A stretch of 64,000 nt of DNA from Candidatus Binatia bacterium (GTDB taxonomy: Bacteria > Chloroflexota > Dormibacteria > Aeolococcales > Aeolococcaceae): positions 285,323 through 349,322 of the forward strand of contig DASPQV010000025.1 of the NCBI GenBank assembly GCA_035624785.1. The letters are read 5' to 3'. This document shows positions 49,548-62,123 of the stretch, piece by piece (positions within the stretch are counted from its first letter, which is position 1; each line of letters starts with the position of its first letter). Below the pieces are notes generated by a model. It was not told the origin of the DNA. It made no database searches and was given only the letters and a program-made list of their open reading frames with translations. Position numbers and translations under genes: made by a program.

Positions 49548-50429
49548 TCAGCCCACCAGTGGGATCCCCTGCGCGATCAGCACCCACTGGCCGGACCAGA
49601 CGCCGCCGTGAGCCGTGTTGGCGGTGTACCAGGCGGTGAAGTCGTTCCAGCTCATGGTCCTGGTGCCGTCGGAGCCGGCCGGCGGGCTGCCACCGACCCC
49701 GAAGGCGAGCGGGTTGGCGACCTTGACCTGGACCGGCGGGGCATCGGCGCCGCTGCTGCTCAGGGTCACGCCGGTGACCAGCACGTAGTGGGTGCCGCCT
49801 CCGACCATCACGATCACCGGCTGGTGCTGCACCGCCAGGCTGTTCGAGATCACCACCCCGGCGGCGTCAGCCGACGGCTGAGGCGCGTCGCCGATGTCGC
49901 TCCAACCGCCGTAGTCGTCGAGAGTGACGGCGACCGCGTAAGGTGAGGCGTTCCACTCGCTGATGGTGTAGCCGTCGTTGTTGTCCGTCTCGTAGCTCCA
50001 GAACGCCTGCTGGACGTCGTAGTCGTCGGAGGCGGGCAGGGGTATCCCGTCAGCCTGGAGCCACATCTCGATGTCCGCTGGGTCGCACCAATCCGGGTCC
50101 TGCTGGGCGTGGTAGGTCACGGCAACCTCGCCCCCCAGGGGCGCGAGCGGGGGAGGGGTGGGCGCGGCAGCGACAGCAGGGGTCGCGCGTGACCCGGAGA
50201 GCGCCTCCGCCAGCGCCCCCGTCGCCGCCCCGTCGCCATCGAGCGTGGCGGCCGCTGCCACGGTTCCAGTTCCGGCGGCCGATCCCGTCGACGGGGTCGA
50301 TCCTGTCGTGGCAGCCAGCCCCGGGGAGGCGACCACCCCGGCGTCCCACGGGCTGAGCAGCGCCATGCCGGCGACGGCGAGGCCCATGGCAGTCACCCCC
50401 CCGAGCACGGTAGCCCGGCGGCGACTCAT
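49548..50429 (-). CDS. Hypothetical secreted protein
   Basis: Signal peptide 'VLGGVTAMGLAVAGMALLSPWDAG' then a Gly/Thr/Ala-rich linker and a C-terminal ~180-aa domain rich in Trp/Tyr/Asp. High GC3. Confidence 0.55.
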   Translation of the reverse strand: MSRRRATVLGGVTAMGLAVAGMALLSPWDAGVVASPGLAATTGSTPSTGSAAGTGTVAAAATLDGDGAATGALAEALSGSRATPAVAAAPTPPPLAPLGGEVAVTYHAQQDPDWCDPADIEMWLQADGIPLPASDDYDVQQAFWSYETDNNDGYTISEWNASPYAVAVTLDDYGGWSDIGDAPQPSADAAGVVISNSLAVQHQPVIVMVGGGTHYVLVTGVTLSSSGADAPPVQVKVANPLAFGVGGSPPAGSDGTRTMSWNDFTAWYTANTAHGGVWSGQWVLIAQGIPLVG

Positions 50430-50704
50430 GGGCCTGAGGCTACCCGCTCAAGGTTTCGATTCGATGAGAGCAACCTGATGGTTCCCTGAGACGAGGCTGA
50501 GAGCCCAGTGAAGGGCGAGCCGGTGGGGCGCGGGGGGCCAGGCGGCCGGGGCCGGGCCCGCTCGGCGTCCGTCTCCCCGTGGACGGTTGCAGCAGAGGGA
50601 GAGGGTCATCCGCGGTGAGCCCGTGTCAGCCCGCCAACGTTTTAGCCATAGTCGTCCACAACTACGACCGGGAGGAGACGGCGACTGAGCTGTGCCGAGT
50701 CCTG

Positions 50705-50805
50705 TCCGGGCTACGCGGACCGCAGAGGTATGGTGGAGTCCGGTGCGGGCTACGCGGACCGCCGAGGTATGGCGGAGTCCGGTGCCGGCTACGCCGCCGC
50801 CGAGG
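50705..50805. repeat. Tandem repeat, ~40-bp unit x 2.5
   Basis: GGGCTACGCGGACCGCAGAGGTATGGTGGAGTCCGGTGC, then a near-identical second copy and a partial third. The third copy overlaps the last codons of the HNH gene. Confidence 0.6.
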
Positions 50806-51316
50806 CGCAGAAGGCGTCGTAGGCGGCCTTCAGCGCCGGGTAGCGCAGAAAGATGATGTGGGCGTATTCCTGGGTCAGGGGCTGGGGCGAACGGATCAGG
50901 TGCATGCCCACCTCGATGGGCAGATGGTCGGCCTTCCGCCAGTTGCAGCGCTTGCAGGCGACCACCACGTTCTCCCAGCTGTCCGGCGAGCCACCCCGGG
51001 AGACCGGCACCACGTGGTCCACGGTCAGGTCCGCGGGAGCGGCGACCAAGCCGCAGTACTGGCAGGTGCTGTCGTCACGGAGCAGCAGGTTGCGCCGGTT
51101 GGGGCGGAGCACGCGGCGTGGCACGTGGATGTTGCGGAGCAAGCGGACGATCACCACGTCCTCCGGCAGCCGGCGGTCCTGGAGGGCGGCCATCGCCCGG
51201 ATCTGGGCCTCCTCATCGAGGAAGGCGACCCGCTCCTTGCTCAGCAGCACGACCAGCCTCCGATGGCTGATCACGTTGAGCGGCTGTAGTGAGGCATTGA
51301 GGAGCAGGACTGCCAT
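50789..51316 (-). CDS. HNH endonuclease (175 aa)
   Basis: 'CQYCG...DLTVDHVVPVSRGGSPDSWENVVVACKRCNWRK' is the canonical HNH/Zn-ribbon motif. The upstream 125 codons of the track ORF are repeat-derived or low-complexity. Confidence 0.8.
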   Translation of the reverse strand: MAVLLLNASLQPLNVISHRRLVVLLSKERVAFLDEEAQIRAMAALQDRRLPEDVVIVRLLRNIHVPRRVLRPNRRNLLLRDDSTCQYCGLVAAPADLTVDHVVPVSRGGSPDSWENVVVACKRCNWRKADHLPIEVGMHLIRSPQPLTQEYAHIIFLRYPALKAAYDAFCASAAA

Positions 51317-51424
51317 GGCGGAATTGTATGGCCGGAACGAAAAGCGGCGGTGGCCGAGCCCCGCCCGTCCGGGCCGAGCCCAGCGCGGCGAGCGAGCAGG
51401 ACCGCGACCAGCCGCGGTGGCGGC

Positions 51425-51522
51425 GGGGAGCAGCGGGCTGGCGGTGGGAGCAGCCGAGGTCGTGGCGGGGAGCAGCGGGCTGGCGGCAGGGAGCAGCCGG
51501 GCTGGCGGTGGGGAGCTGGCGC
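51425..51522. repeat. Tandem repeat, ~21-bp unit x 4.5
   Basis: GGGGAGCAGCGGGCTGGCGGT and variants, repeated head-to-tail between the HNH start and the ligD stop. Confidence 0.6.
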
Positions 51523-51596
51523 CGAGACCGGGCCGGTCAGCGGCGGGCCCGACCGCGCGCGGCCGGGTGCGTCGCGGTCCCGGCGGCGGCCGCCGG

Positions 51597-54551
51597 CTAC
51601 CCGGGCAGGTCCTGGTCGCCCAGGAGCACCCCGCTGAAGAGGTCGCCCACCTCGGCCAGGCGGTCCCAGATGGTCGCGATCGTCCAGCCATCGGGGCGGA
51701 TGCGGCGGTCGTCGAGCTCCTCCCAGTGGAGCGGCGTCGACACCGGGGCGCCCGGGGCGGGGCGCAGCGAGTAGGGGGCGGCCAGCGTCTTGTTGATTAT
51801 GTTCTGGGTGTAGTCGATCCGGATCTTGCCGGCCCGGCGGCTCACCGTCCACTCCCAGCTGATCCGGTCGGGCTCCACCTTGCCGATGGCCCGCGCGACC
51901 TCCTCGACCCAGCCCCGCACCTGGTCGTAGTCGGGGCCGCGGCGAACCGGCACGTAGATCTGCAGACCGGTCTGCCCGCTGGTCTTGAGCAGCCCGCGCA
52001 GACCCAGATGGTCCAGGGCGGCCTTGACCAGGCGGGCGATGTCCCGCACGTCGTCGAAGGTGGCCGGCTCGAAGGGGTCGAGGTCGAAGACGGCCCAGTC
52101 CGGCTGCTCCGGAGCATCGATCCGCGAGTGCCAGGGATGGAGATCGATGACCCCCGCATTGGCGACCCAGGCGAGGGTGGCCGGCTCCCGGACGACGATC
52201 CAGCTCTTGGTTCCCCCTTCGCCGGGGAAGACCCAGGAGTCGATCCAATCCGGGGCGTGGGCCGGCTTGTCCTTGCGCCAGAAGGAGTGCCCGGTGATCC
52301 CGTCGGGAAACACCTGAGTGGAGAGCGGACGGTCGCGCAGGTAGGGGATGAGCAGCGGTGATATCCGGACGTAGTAGTCGATCATCTGGCGCTTGGTGAT
52401 CACCGGGGTGGGCCAGAGCGGCTTGTCGAGGTGGGTGAGGCGGAGCCGCCGCGAGCCGATCCGCCACCAGTCGTCGGGGCGAAGGCGGGGCAGGGCTTCG
52501 AGAGCCTCGGCGACCTCGGGTGGCAGCTCGAGCCCCGGCGCCATCGAGGGGGAGGGCCCGGTCTTTCGCCTCGCGGCCCCCGGTCCGGCCTTCCGGCCAG
52601 GGCCCCCGGCCGCTGACGAGAGGCCCGCCGGGCCGGCCGAGCTGGGCGCCGCGGACTGGCCCGCCTCGCCCCGGGCGGCCCCTTGACCCGAGGCTCGAAC
52701 CGCGCCTTCGGCGCCCTCCGGGTCAGAGCCGTGCCTCGGAACCTGGCGATCCCCCGGTTCGGAGGCCGGGAGCGCCGCCTCGACGTCGGCCGCCTCCTCG
52801 GGGATGCAGTCCTCCGGGCCGAGGTCGGAGCGCAGGCCCAGGAAGGCGGGGTGGCGGAGAGCTCCCGCCCGGGTCCAGCCGGCATGGCGGACCTCGCAGA
52901 CCAGCTCGGGTTCCACCCAGGTGACCGGCTCGGCCAGCTTCGGAGCCGGCTGGAAGACCGGGGTGGGACGGCGGAATGGCTCCATGCGGCGGAGCAGGTC
53001 GGTGATCGAGGAATCACTGAAGCCGGTGCCCACCTCACCGGCGTGGTCCCAGTGGGGCTGGGGGGCGGCCTCTGGCCCGGAGCGGCGGACGGCCAGGACC
53101 AGGGCGCCCAGGTGCCCGCGCCGGCCATGGCCCTGGGTCCAGCCGGCGATCGCGCACGTCTGGGTGCGCCAGGCCTTCACCTTGAGCCAGTCGGCGCTGC
53201 GCCGGCCCGCCTGGTAAACGGAGTCGGCCCGCTTGCCGACCATCCCCTCCAGTCCCTGTTCCCGGAGGGCCTCGAACAGGGCCTCACCGTCGGTCTCGAG
53301 ATGGTCGGCGTAGAGCAGCGGGCCGGGCGGCCCGACGATCTCGGCGAGCGTCTTCTTGCGGATCCGGAGCGACGTTCGGGTCAGATCGCGGCCGTCCAGG
53401 GCCAGCAGGTCGAATGCCACGAACGTCACCGTGGCCCGCTCCGCCGCCCTTCCGACCTCGGCACGCCCGTCCACGTTGATCCGGGACTGCAGCCGCTCGA
53501 AGTCGGGGCGCCCCCTCTCGTCGAAGGCCACGATCTCGCAATCCAGGATGGCGCTCTCGGCCCTCAGCTGGGTGGGGATGGCCTGCGCCTCGGGGTAACG
53601 GGCGGTCTCGTCCCGGCCGTGCCGGCCCACCACCCGAACGGCCTCCCCGGCCACCGCCACGATCGCCCGGACGCCGTCGTACTTGAGCTCGAAGAGCCAG
53701 CCCGGCCGGGAGAAGGGCCGGTCGACAGGCGTGGCGAGCATCGGGAGGGGGAGCCGGCTGGGCAGAGCCGCAGGCGGCGAGCCAGGCCCGCCCGGGGCCG
53801 GCCTGCCCCGAGAGGGCGCCACGCCACCCGAACTGCGGGACGCCCCATCCCGGGTCTGAGCCGGGGACTGAGCCTGCATCCGCTCCCGAGCCGTGCGCTG
53901 CCGGCGCGCCTCGCGTGGATCGCCGCCCTCCGCCGCCGCGATCTCGTCCAGGGAGCGGCCGCTCTTGACCGAGCCATCGTGGTCGGCGGCATCCCAACCC
54001 GCCATCGAGACCTCGTCCCGCTTCTTGATCAGCAGGTAGTTTCGGTCGGCCTCGCCGCTGCCGCCGTAGCGCCGGCCGCGCTCCCCAATCCGCACCAGGG
54101 CGAACTCGCCGGACAGCTTCTGCCCCGCCAGCCGGAACTTGATGTCCCCCTTGGCGATCTGGCGGTCCGGGTCCGCAGCCGACTCCCTGACCCACTCGAA
54201 GGTCCCGGCGTCCCAGAGCTCGACCGTTCCCATCCCGTAGCCGGAGGGGATCACCCCCTCGAAGTCCCCGTAGTCCAGGGGATGGTCCTCGGTCTGCACC
54301 GCCAGGCGGCGGCTGGCGGGGTCGAGTGACGGGCCGCGCGGGATTGCCCAGGAGAGCAGGACGCCTCCGTGCTCCAGCCGGAAGTCGTAGTGGAGGCGGG
54401 TGGCGCGGTGAAGCTGGACGCAGAACCGCGGCCCCGCCGCGAGCCGCGCCCACAGCCCCTCATCGGCGGTCGAGCCCGCCGCCGGGCCATCGCCGCTCGG
54501 CTCCGGGGTATGACTGAAATCCCGCTTTCGGCGGTACTCGTCGAGGGGCAC
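51597..54551 (-). CDS. ligD: Multidomain ATP-dependent DNA ligase LigD (phosphoesterase - ligase - polymerase/primase order)
   Basis: N-terminal PE domain 'HYDFRLE', ligase adenylation motif I 'ELKYDGVR', a Pro/Gly/Ala-rich linker, and a C-terminal LigD polymerase domain ('HSFWRK...VIDLHPW'). Confidence 0.9.
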   Translation of the reverse strand: MPLDEYRRKRDFSHTPEPSGDGPAAGSTADEGLWARLAAGPRFCVQLHRATRLHYDFRLEHGGVLLSWAIPRGPSLDPASRRLAVQTEDHPLDYGDFEGVIPSGYGMGTVELWDAGTFEWVRESAADPDRQIAKGDIKFRLAGQKLSGEFALVRIGERGRRYGGSGEADRNYLLIKKRDEVSMAGWDAADHDGSVKSGRSLDEIAAAEGGDPREARRQRTARERMQAQSPAQTRDGASRSSGGVAPSRGRPAPGGPGSPPAALPSRLPLPMLATPVDRPFSRPGWLFELKYDGVRAIVAVAGEAVRVVGRHGRDETARYPEAQAIPTQLRAESAILDCEIVAFDERGRPDFERLQSRINVDGRAEVGRAAERATVTFVAFDLLALDGRDLTRTSLRIRKKTLAEIVGPPGPLLYADHLETDGEALFEALREQGLEGMVGKRADSVYQAGRRSADWLKVKAWRTQTCAIAGWTQGHGRRGHLGALVLAVRRSGPEAAPQPHWDHAGEVGTGFSDSSITDLLRRMEPFRRPTPVFQPAPKLAEPVTWVEPELVCEVRHAGWTRAGALRHPAFLGLRSDLGPEDCIPEEAADVEAALPASEPGDRQVPRHGSDPEGAEGAVRASGQGAARGEAGQSAAPSSAGPAGLSSAAGGPGRKAGPGAARRKTGPSPSMAPGLELPPEVAEALEALPRLRPDDWWRIGSRRLRLTHLDKPLWPTPVITKRQMIDYYVRISPLLIPYLRDRPLSTQVFPDGITGHSFWRKDKPAHAPDWIDSWVFPGEGGTKSWIVVREPATLAWVANAGVIDLHPWHSRIDAPEQPDWAVFDLDPFEPATFDDVRDIARLVKAALDHLGLRGLLKTSGQTGLQIYVPVRRGPDYDQVRGWVEEVARAIGKVEPDRISWEWTVSRRAGKIRIDYTQNIINKTLAAPYSLRPAPGAPVSTPLHWEELDDRRIRPDGWTIATIWDRLAEVGDLFSGVLLGDQDLPG

Positions 54552-54781
54552 TCATCAAGCCTAGCGAAGCGAGCCTTTGGGCTCCGGCTGTCAGCGCTGC
54601 TCCGCCCTCTGAGCAGCGCGGCTTCGCTGGCAAGCGCGCAGCCCCGGGCGGCGCTTGGCATGCACCCTTAGCTGGTAAAATCAATTGTGAAATCACGACC
54701 ACGAGCCGTCGTCCACGCCTACGCGCCGCCGCCCCAGCCAGGGTCCGCAACTCGGTCCCTGCGCGGCCTGGTCAGGACTGA

Positions 54782-56782
<2,001 letters not shown>

Positions 56783-56968
56783 CACGCCTGCGGCGGGCCA
56801 GCGGAGAGGAGCTGTCACGATTTCGGACGCGCATGTGCGGGGCGCGGTTGGAAGGAGCGGGCCCGTGACTGCTGTCGAACAGCCTGGGTTCGACCCCGCG
56901 CCTCGCGGCGCGGTGGGCTCGCGGCGGGATCGCTTGCTGACGGTGTCCCTGGTGGAGAGGCTGCGCTG

Positions 56969-58147
56969 ATGCCCGCCCCGATCCGGGTCGCCGTGGACGT
57001 GATGAGCGGGGAGAATGACCCCCGGGCCGCGGTCTGGGGCGCCCTGGAGGTGGTGGCCGACGGCGACGCCCACGCTCTCCTGGTCGGCGTCACCGAGCGC
57101 ATCCAGGCCGAGTTCGACGCCTGGCGGGCAGCCCATCCCAGCGCCGCCCAGAGGGCTGGCCAGCGGCTGCGGTCAGAGGTGGAGATCGTCCCCGCCGCAG
57201 ACGTCATTGGCATGGACGAGCACCCCGCTCAGGCCGTCCGCGGCAAGCGGGACGCCAGCGTCGTGGTGGCCACCAGGCTGGTCCGCGAGGGCCGGGCCTC
57301 GGCGGCGGTCTCGGCCGGCAACAGCGGCGCCACCTTCGCGGCCGCGCTCTTCACGGTGGGGCGCGTCGCGGGGGTCGACCGGCCCGCGATCGGCACCGAT
57401 CTGCCCACTCCCACCGCGACCACGTTCCTGATCGATGCCGGCACCAATGCCGACTGCCGCCCGGAGTGGCTCCTCCAGTTCGGGATCATGGGCGCGGTCT
57501 ACGCCCGCCTCATGAAAGGGGTGGAGCGGCCCCGGGTCGCCCTGCTCAGCAACGGGGAGGAGCCCGACAAGGGATCTCGCCTGGTCCAGGAAGCGCACCG
57601 CCTCCTCCTCGGCTCGCCGCTGGAGTTCACCGGCAACGTCGAGGGACACAGCCTCCTCACCGGGATCTGCGACGTGGCGGTCACCGACGGGTTCACCGGC
57701 AACGTGGTTCTGAAGACGGCGGAGGGGGTCGCCGAGTTCCTCTTCGGAGCGATCTCCCGCGAGGCCCGGAGCTCGCTGACCGGCAGGGCCGGCGGAGCGC
57801 TGCTCAAGCCCCGGCTCCGGCCTCTGCGCGACCGGGTCGACTATCGGAAGACCGGCGGGGCGCTGCTCCTGGGAGTGGCCGGAGAGGTGGTGATAGCCCA
57901 CGGGAGGAGTGACGCCGAGGCGATGGCCAACGCCATCCGGGTGGCGGTCAGAGCCTCCCGCCAGGGCCTGTCGGCCCAGATCGCCGAGGCCCTCCGCGCT
58001 CTGCCGGGCGAGCGGCCGGGAGACCCGGAAGGTGGAGGTCGGGGCGGAGGCGCCGCCGATGGAGGGGGCTCGACGGCCCCGGTGGCGCGCCGGCGATCCC
58101 CGGCCGGCTCCAGGCGGACCGGCGCCTCGAGGAGCACCACCGCATGA
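56969..58147 (+). CDS. plsX: Phosphate acyltransferase PlsX with low-complexity C-terminal tail
   Basis: '[14 protein letters not shown]', '[11 protein letters not shown]' and '[13 protein letters not shown]' PlsX motifs. Its stop TGA overlaps the gyrA ATG (ATGA). Confidence 0.85.
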   Translation: MPAPIRVAVDVMSGENDPRAAVWGALEVVADGDAHALLVGVTERIQAEFDAWRAAHPSAAQRAGQRLRSEVEIVPAADVIGMDEHPAQAVRGKRDASVVVATRLVREGRASAAVSAGNSGATFAAALFTVGRVAGVDRPAIGTDLPTPTATTFLIDAGTNADCRPEWLLQFGIMGAVYARLMKGVERPRVALLSNGEEPDKGSRLVQEAHRLLLGSPLEFTGNVEGHSLLTGICDVAVTDGFTGNVVLKTAEGVAEFLFGAISREARSSLTGRAGGALLKPRLRPLRDRVDYRKTGGALLLGVAGEVVIAHGRSDAEAMANAIRVAVRASRQGLSAQIAEALRALPGERPGDPEGGGRGGGAADGGGSTAPVARRRSPAGSRRTGASRSTTA

Positions 58148-60606
58148 GCGTCTTCCACGCCGGCGACATCCGTCCCGTCGACATCGAGCAGGAGATGCGG
58201 CAGAGCTACCTGGACTACGCGATGAGCGTGATCATCAGCCGGGCCCTGCCGGATGTCCGGGACGGCCTCAAGCCGGTGCAGCGCCGCATCCTCTACGCGA
58301 TGCTCCAGGAGGGCATCACCGCGGGGGCCAAGACCAAGAAGTCGGCCTCGATCGTCGGCGAGGTGATGAAGAACTACCACCCTCACGGCGACCAGGCGAT
58401 CTACGACACGCTGGCCCGGCTGGTCCAACCCTGGGTGATGCGCTACCCGCTGGTGGTCGGGCAGGGCAACTTCGGCTCGGTCGACGGCGACCCGCCGGCG
58501 GCGCAGCGCTACACCGAGGCCCGGATGTCAGCGGTCGCGATGACCCTGGTGGAGGACATCGACAAGGACACCGTCGACATGGAGGAGACCTATCTCGCCG
58601 ACCCGGCGATCCTCCAGCCGGCCGTCGTCCCCGCCCTCCTGCCCAACCTCCTGGTCAACGGGGCCAGCGGGATCGCGGTCGGCATGGCCACCAACATCCC
58701 GCCCCACAACCTCGGAGAGGTCTGCGAGGCCCTGGTCCGGCTCATCGACGAGCCCGAGATGACCACCGAGGACCTGGTCAAGATCATCCCCGGCCCCGAC
58801 TTCCCGACCGGCGGGCTGATCTACAGCCGAGACCTGGCCCAGGTCTACGGCACCGGCCACGGCCGGATCGTGATGCGGGCCCAGGTGGAGTTCGAGGAGT
58901 CCAAGACCGGGCGAGAGCAGATCATCGTCCGCGAGCTCCCCTACCAGGTCAACAAGGCACGCCTCCTGGCCAGCATCGCCGAGCTGGTCAACGACAAGAA
59001 GCTGGAGGGGATCGCCGCGCTCCGGGACGAGTCGGGGCGCTCGGAGAGCACCCGGATCGTCATCGAGCTCAAGACCAACGCCCGCCCCCACACGGTGCTC
59101 AACAACCTTTTCAAGCACACCCAGCTCCAGTACACCTTCGGGGCGCTGATGCTGGCCCTGGTCGACGGCCGTCCTCAGATCCTCGGCCTGAAGGCCATCC
59201 TGGAGCACTTCGTCGACTTCCGGCGCCGGGTGGTGACCCGGCGGACCCGGTTCCTGCTCACCCGAGCCCGGGAGCGAGCCCACATTCTCGAGGGCCTGCT
59301 CAAGTGCCTCGACCACATCGACGAGGTGATCGCCCTGATCCGCGCTGCCCAGGACGAGAAGGCAGCCCAGTCAGCCCTCGAGGAGCGCTTCCAGCTCACC
59401 GAGCGGCAGTCCAAGGCGATCGTCGACCTCCGCCTGGGCCGGCTCACCCGCTTGGAGTCGGGGAAGATCCGCGACGAGTACGAGGACCTGATCAAGGAGA
59501 TCGCGCGCTACGAGGACATCCTAGCCAACCCGCGGCTGGTGGACCAGCTCATCAAGGACGAGCTGGCCGACCTCCGCAAGCGGTTCGCCGACCCCCGCCG
59601 GACCGAGATCCGAACCACCGAGGTGGAGATCTCCGAGGAGGACCTGATCCCCCGCGAGAAGGTCTTCGTCACGCTCACCCACCGCGGCTACGTCAAGCGG
59701 ATCCCGCTGGACAGCTACCGGGCCCAGCACCGTGGTGGGCGCGGAGTGGTGGGCGCCAAGCGCTCCACCGAGCAGGACTACGTCGAGCACTCGACAACCG
59801 CCTCGACCCACAGCGACATGCTCTTCTTCACCAACCGAGGACGGGTATTCCGGCTGCGCACCCACGAGATCCCGGACGTCAAGCGCCAGGCCAAGGGCCT
59901 GCCGGTGATCAATCTGATCGAGATCGACCAGGGCGAACGGATCACCGCGCTGATCGCCGTGGAGGGATTCTCGGACGAGCAGTACCTGGTCATGGTCACC
60001 AAGCTGGGCCAGATCAAGAAGACGCCCTCGGCGTCGTACTCCTCGGTGCGGCGCAACGGGCTGATCGCCATCAACCTGCAGGCCGATGACGAGCTGGACT
60101 GGGTCCGCATCTCGAGTGGCGGCGACGAGTTGCTGGTGGTGACCAGGCACGGCAAGGGGGCGCGGTTCTCCGAGAAGGAGGTGCGGCCCATGGGCCGCGA
60201 CACCATGGGGGTGGGGGCGATCCGGCTCCGCCCCGGCGACGAGGTGGCCGGGTTCGACGTGGTCAACCCGCGCGGCCACGTCCTGGTGGTGACACAGCTC
60301 GGCTACGGCAAGCTGACCCCGATGGAGGACTACCCGCTCAAGAGCCGCAACATCCAGGGCGTCTACACCATGGATCAGAACGCCATCCCCAAGGTCGGTG
60401 AGATCGTCGGGATGCGGGTGGTCGAGGATCGCACCGAGGAGCTGATGGTGATCTCGACCATGGGCCAGGTGATCCGCATCCCGCTCGAGCAGGTACGGGT
60501 GTCGGGGCGTCAGACCCGCGGGGTCATCATCATGCGGCTCGCCGAGGGGGACCAGGTCGGCTCCATCGCCGGGGTGGCCCGCGCCGGCGACCTGGAGGCG
60601 GATTGA
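58144..60606 (+). CDS. gyrA: DNA gyrase subunit A
   Basis: Active-site region '[10 protein letters not shown]', QRDR-like '[11 protein letters not shown]' and the C-terminal beta-pinwheel repeats. Confidence 0.95.
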   Translation: MSVFHAGDIRPVDIEQEMRQSYLDYAMSVIISRALPDVRDGLKPVQRRILYAMLQEGITAGAKTKKSASIVGEVMKNYHPHGDQAIYDTLARLVQPWVMRYPLVVGQGNFGSVDGDPPAAQRYTEARMSAVAMTLVEDIDKDTVDMEETYLADPAILQPAVVPALLPNLLVNGASGIAVGMATNIPPHNLGEVCEALVRLIDEPEMTTEDLVKIIPGPDFPTGGLIYSRDLAQVYGTGHGRIVMRAQVEFEESKTGREQIIVRELPYQVNKARLLASIAELVNDKKLEGIAALRDESGRSESTRIVIELKTNARPHTVLNNLFKHTQLQYTFGALMLALVDGRPQILGLKAILEHFVDFRRRVVTRRTRFLLTRARERAHILEGLLKCLDHIDEVIALIRAAQDEKAAQSALEERFQLTERQSKAIVDLRLGRLTRLESGKIRDEYEDLIKEIARYEDILANPRLVDQLIKDELADLRKRFADPRRTEIRTTEVEISEEDLIPREKVFVTLTHRGYVKRIPLDSYRAQHRGGRGVVGAKRSTEQDYVEHSTTASTHSDMLFFTNRGRVFRLRTHEIPDVKRQAKGLPVINLIEIDQGERITALIAVEGFSDEQYLVMVTKLGQIKKTPSASYSSVRRNGLIAINLQADDELDWVRISSGGDELLVVTRHGKGARFSEKEVRPMGRDTMGVGAIRLRPGDEVAGFDVVNPRGHVLVVTQLGYGKLTPMEDYPLKSRNIQGVYTMDQNAIPKVGEIVGMRVVEDRTEELMVISTMGQVIRIPLEQVRVSGRQTRGVIIMRLAEGDQVGSIAGVARAGDLEAD

Positions 60607-61067
60607 CCCTCCCGACCCGGGTCCGGGTCACCAGCGATCCGGCCGGCATCGACCTGCGCCTCGCTCACCGCTGGATCGCCGGCAGCTACTGGGCTGCCGG
60701 GATCCCCTGGGAGACCTTTGAGCGAGCTTGCGCCCACAGCCTGTGCTTCGCGGCCATGGTGGGCCAGGAGCAGGTGGGCTTCGCCCGCGTGGTGACCGAC
60801 CAGGCGACCTTCGCCTGGCTTGCCGACGTCTACGTCGCCGAGGGCGCCCGCGGACGGGGCGTGGGCGCTCGCCTGGTCGCGGCGGTCACCGACGATCCGC
60901 GGCTTCAGGGGCTGCGCCGCTTCATCCTGGCGACCGCGGACGCCCATGGCCTGTATGAGCGATTCGGCTTCCAGCGCGTCGGCGACGCAAACGGCCGGTT
61001 GATGAGCATCACCCGCTCCGCGACCCAGGTGTATGGAGACGCGGAGCGGGCTGCCCAGGGATCCTGA
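60603..61067 (+). CDS. GNAT family N-acetyltransferase
   Basis: '[13 protein letters not shown]' and 'GLYERFGF' are acetyl-CoA binding motifs A and B. Probable TTG start overlapping the gyrA stop. Confidence 0.65.
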   Translation: MTLPTRVRVTSDPAGIDLRLAHRWIAGSYWAAGIPWETFERACAHSLCFAAMVGQEQVGFARVVTDQATFAWLADVYVAEGARGRGVGARLVAAVTDDPRLQGLRRFILATADAHGLYERFGFQRVGDANGRLMSITRSATQVYGDAERAAQGS

Positions 61068-61076
61068 GGGTCTGCC

Positions 61077-61223
61077 TCAGGACTTGCCGATCTTGAAGAT
61101 CTTGGTGCCGCAGGTGGGGCAGGTGCCGGTGGTCGCCGGCTTGCCGTTCTTCATGGTGATCGCCTGGGCATCTTTGATCTCGGTCTGCTTCTTGCACTTC
61201 AGGCAGTAGCCGGTGACAGCCAT
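61077..61223 (-). CDS. DUF5679-like zinc-ribbon mini-protein (48 aa), absent from the six-frame track
   Basis: Translation 'MAVTGYCLKCKKQTEIKDAQAITMKNGKPATTGTCPTCGTKIFKIGKS' has CxxC...CPxCG pairs and 44 of 47 codons ending in G/C. Coordinates are +/- 2 nt. Confidence 0.6.
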   Translation of the reverse strand: MAVTGYCLKCKKQTEIKDAQAITMKNGKPATTGTCPTCGTKIFKIGKS

Positions 61224-61649
61224 CGTCTTCGTCTCCTGGGAACCGGGAGGGACTCGGGACCGGGTCTGCCCGAGCTTCGCCGGGGATTGTAAGCAGATGC
61301 CAGGGGAGGTCGGTTGAATTCAGCCCCAATTCGCGGTAGGGGCGCTCCGACCAGGCCATACGCGCCACACGGGTGGCGGCCGTAACCTTTCCGACCCCCT
61401 CCGCGTACAAAGGGCATGCTGCGCACCCACCCGTCGCCGCCCGGCTTCGCCTCCGGATACGGCACCGCCAGCCGCCGGGCGATCGTCCTCGCCGTCCTCG
61501 CCCTCGCCGGGGTCGCGATGCTGATGGTCTGGGCGCTCGCCTTCGCGGGCTTCTGAGCTCGCCGGCTCCGGGTCGACGCGCCAGGGATGCCCGGCGCGCG
61601 GCTTCCGCTGGGCGCGGGCTCCCCGGTTGGAGGGGGAGGCTGTGAGGAC

Positions 61650-62069
61650 TCAGCCCTCGGCGCCGACCATGGCAATCGACCCGTTGAAGGTGGCGCCGTC
61701 CTCGACGTGGAGCTTGGCCACCCGGATGTTGCCCTGGAGGTAGCCGGAACCGGCGAGGCGAAGACGCTGCTGCGCGCTCACGTCGCCCTCGACCCGCCCG
61801 CGAATGGTGACGTTGCGGCACTCCAGCCTGGCCTTGACCGTGCCACCACCCTCGACCGTGATGTCGCCGGCGGTGATGACCTCACCCTCCACGGTGCCAT
61901 GAACGACGAGATCGCTTCGGATGATGAGCTTCCCCTCGAGGCGATCGTCGACTCCCAGGGTCACGGTACCGCCGCTAGAGTTCTCGCCAGCACGCTGGCG
62001 GTCTGGCTTCGGGGCCACCGCCGCCTCTTTAACCTCGGGGTTCGCGTTCATCTTCTCTGCAGTCTCCAT
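61650..62069 (-). CDS. Bactofilin (polymer-forming cytoskeletal protein)
   Basis: Repetitive beta-helix pattern 'HGTVEGEVITAGDITVEGGGTVKARLECRNVTIRGRVEGDVSAQ...GNIRVAKLHVEDGATFNGSI'. Start at the internal Met (residue 41). Confidence 0.75.
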   Translation of the reverse strand: METAEKMNANPEVKEAAVAPKPDRQRAGENSSGGTVTLGVDDRLEGKLIIRSDLVVHGTVEGEVITAGDITVEGGGTVKARLECRNVTIRGRVEGDVSAQQRLRLAGSGYLQGNIRVAKLHVEDGATFNGSIAMVGAEG

Positions 62070-62123
62070 GTGGCTGAACCCTTCATCACCAACAGCGCAC
62101 AGGCCCGAGAGTCTACCGCTCGG

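Noticed and set aside
50705-51522. Tandem repeats considered as a CRISPR array
   Set aside because: Units are contiguous head-to-tail with no unique spacers and no cas genes nearby. These are simple tandem repeats.
51328-51774. 148-aa plus ORF with repeated peptide 'RGAAGWR...'
   Set aside because: The periodic peptide merely translates the 21-bp tandem DNA repeat. Treated as non-coding repeat.
56870-56895. tRNA-like T-arm sequence 'CCTGGGTTCGACCCC'
   Set aside because: No acceptor, D or anticodon arms can be built around it. No tRNA called.
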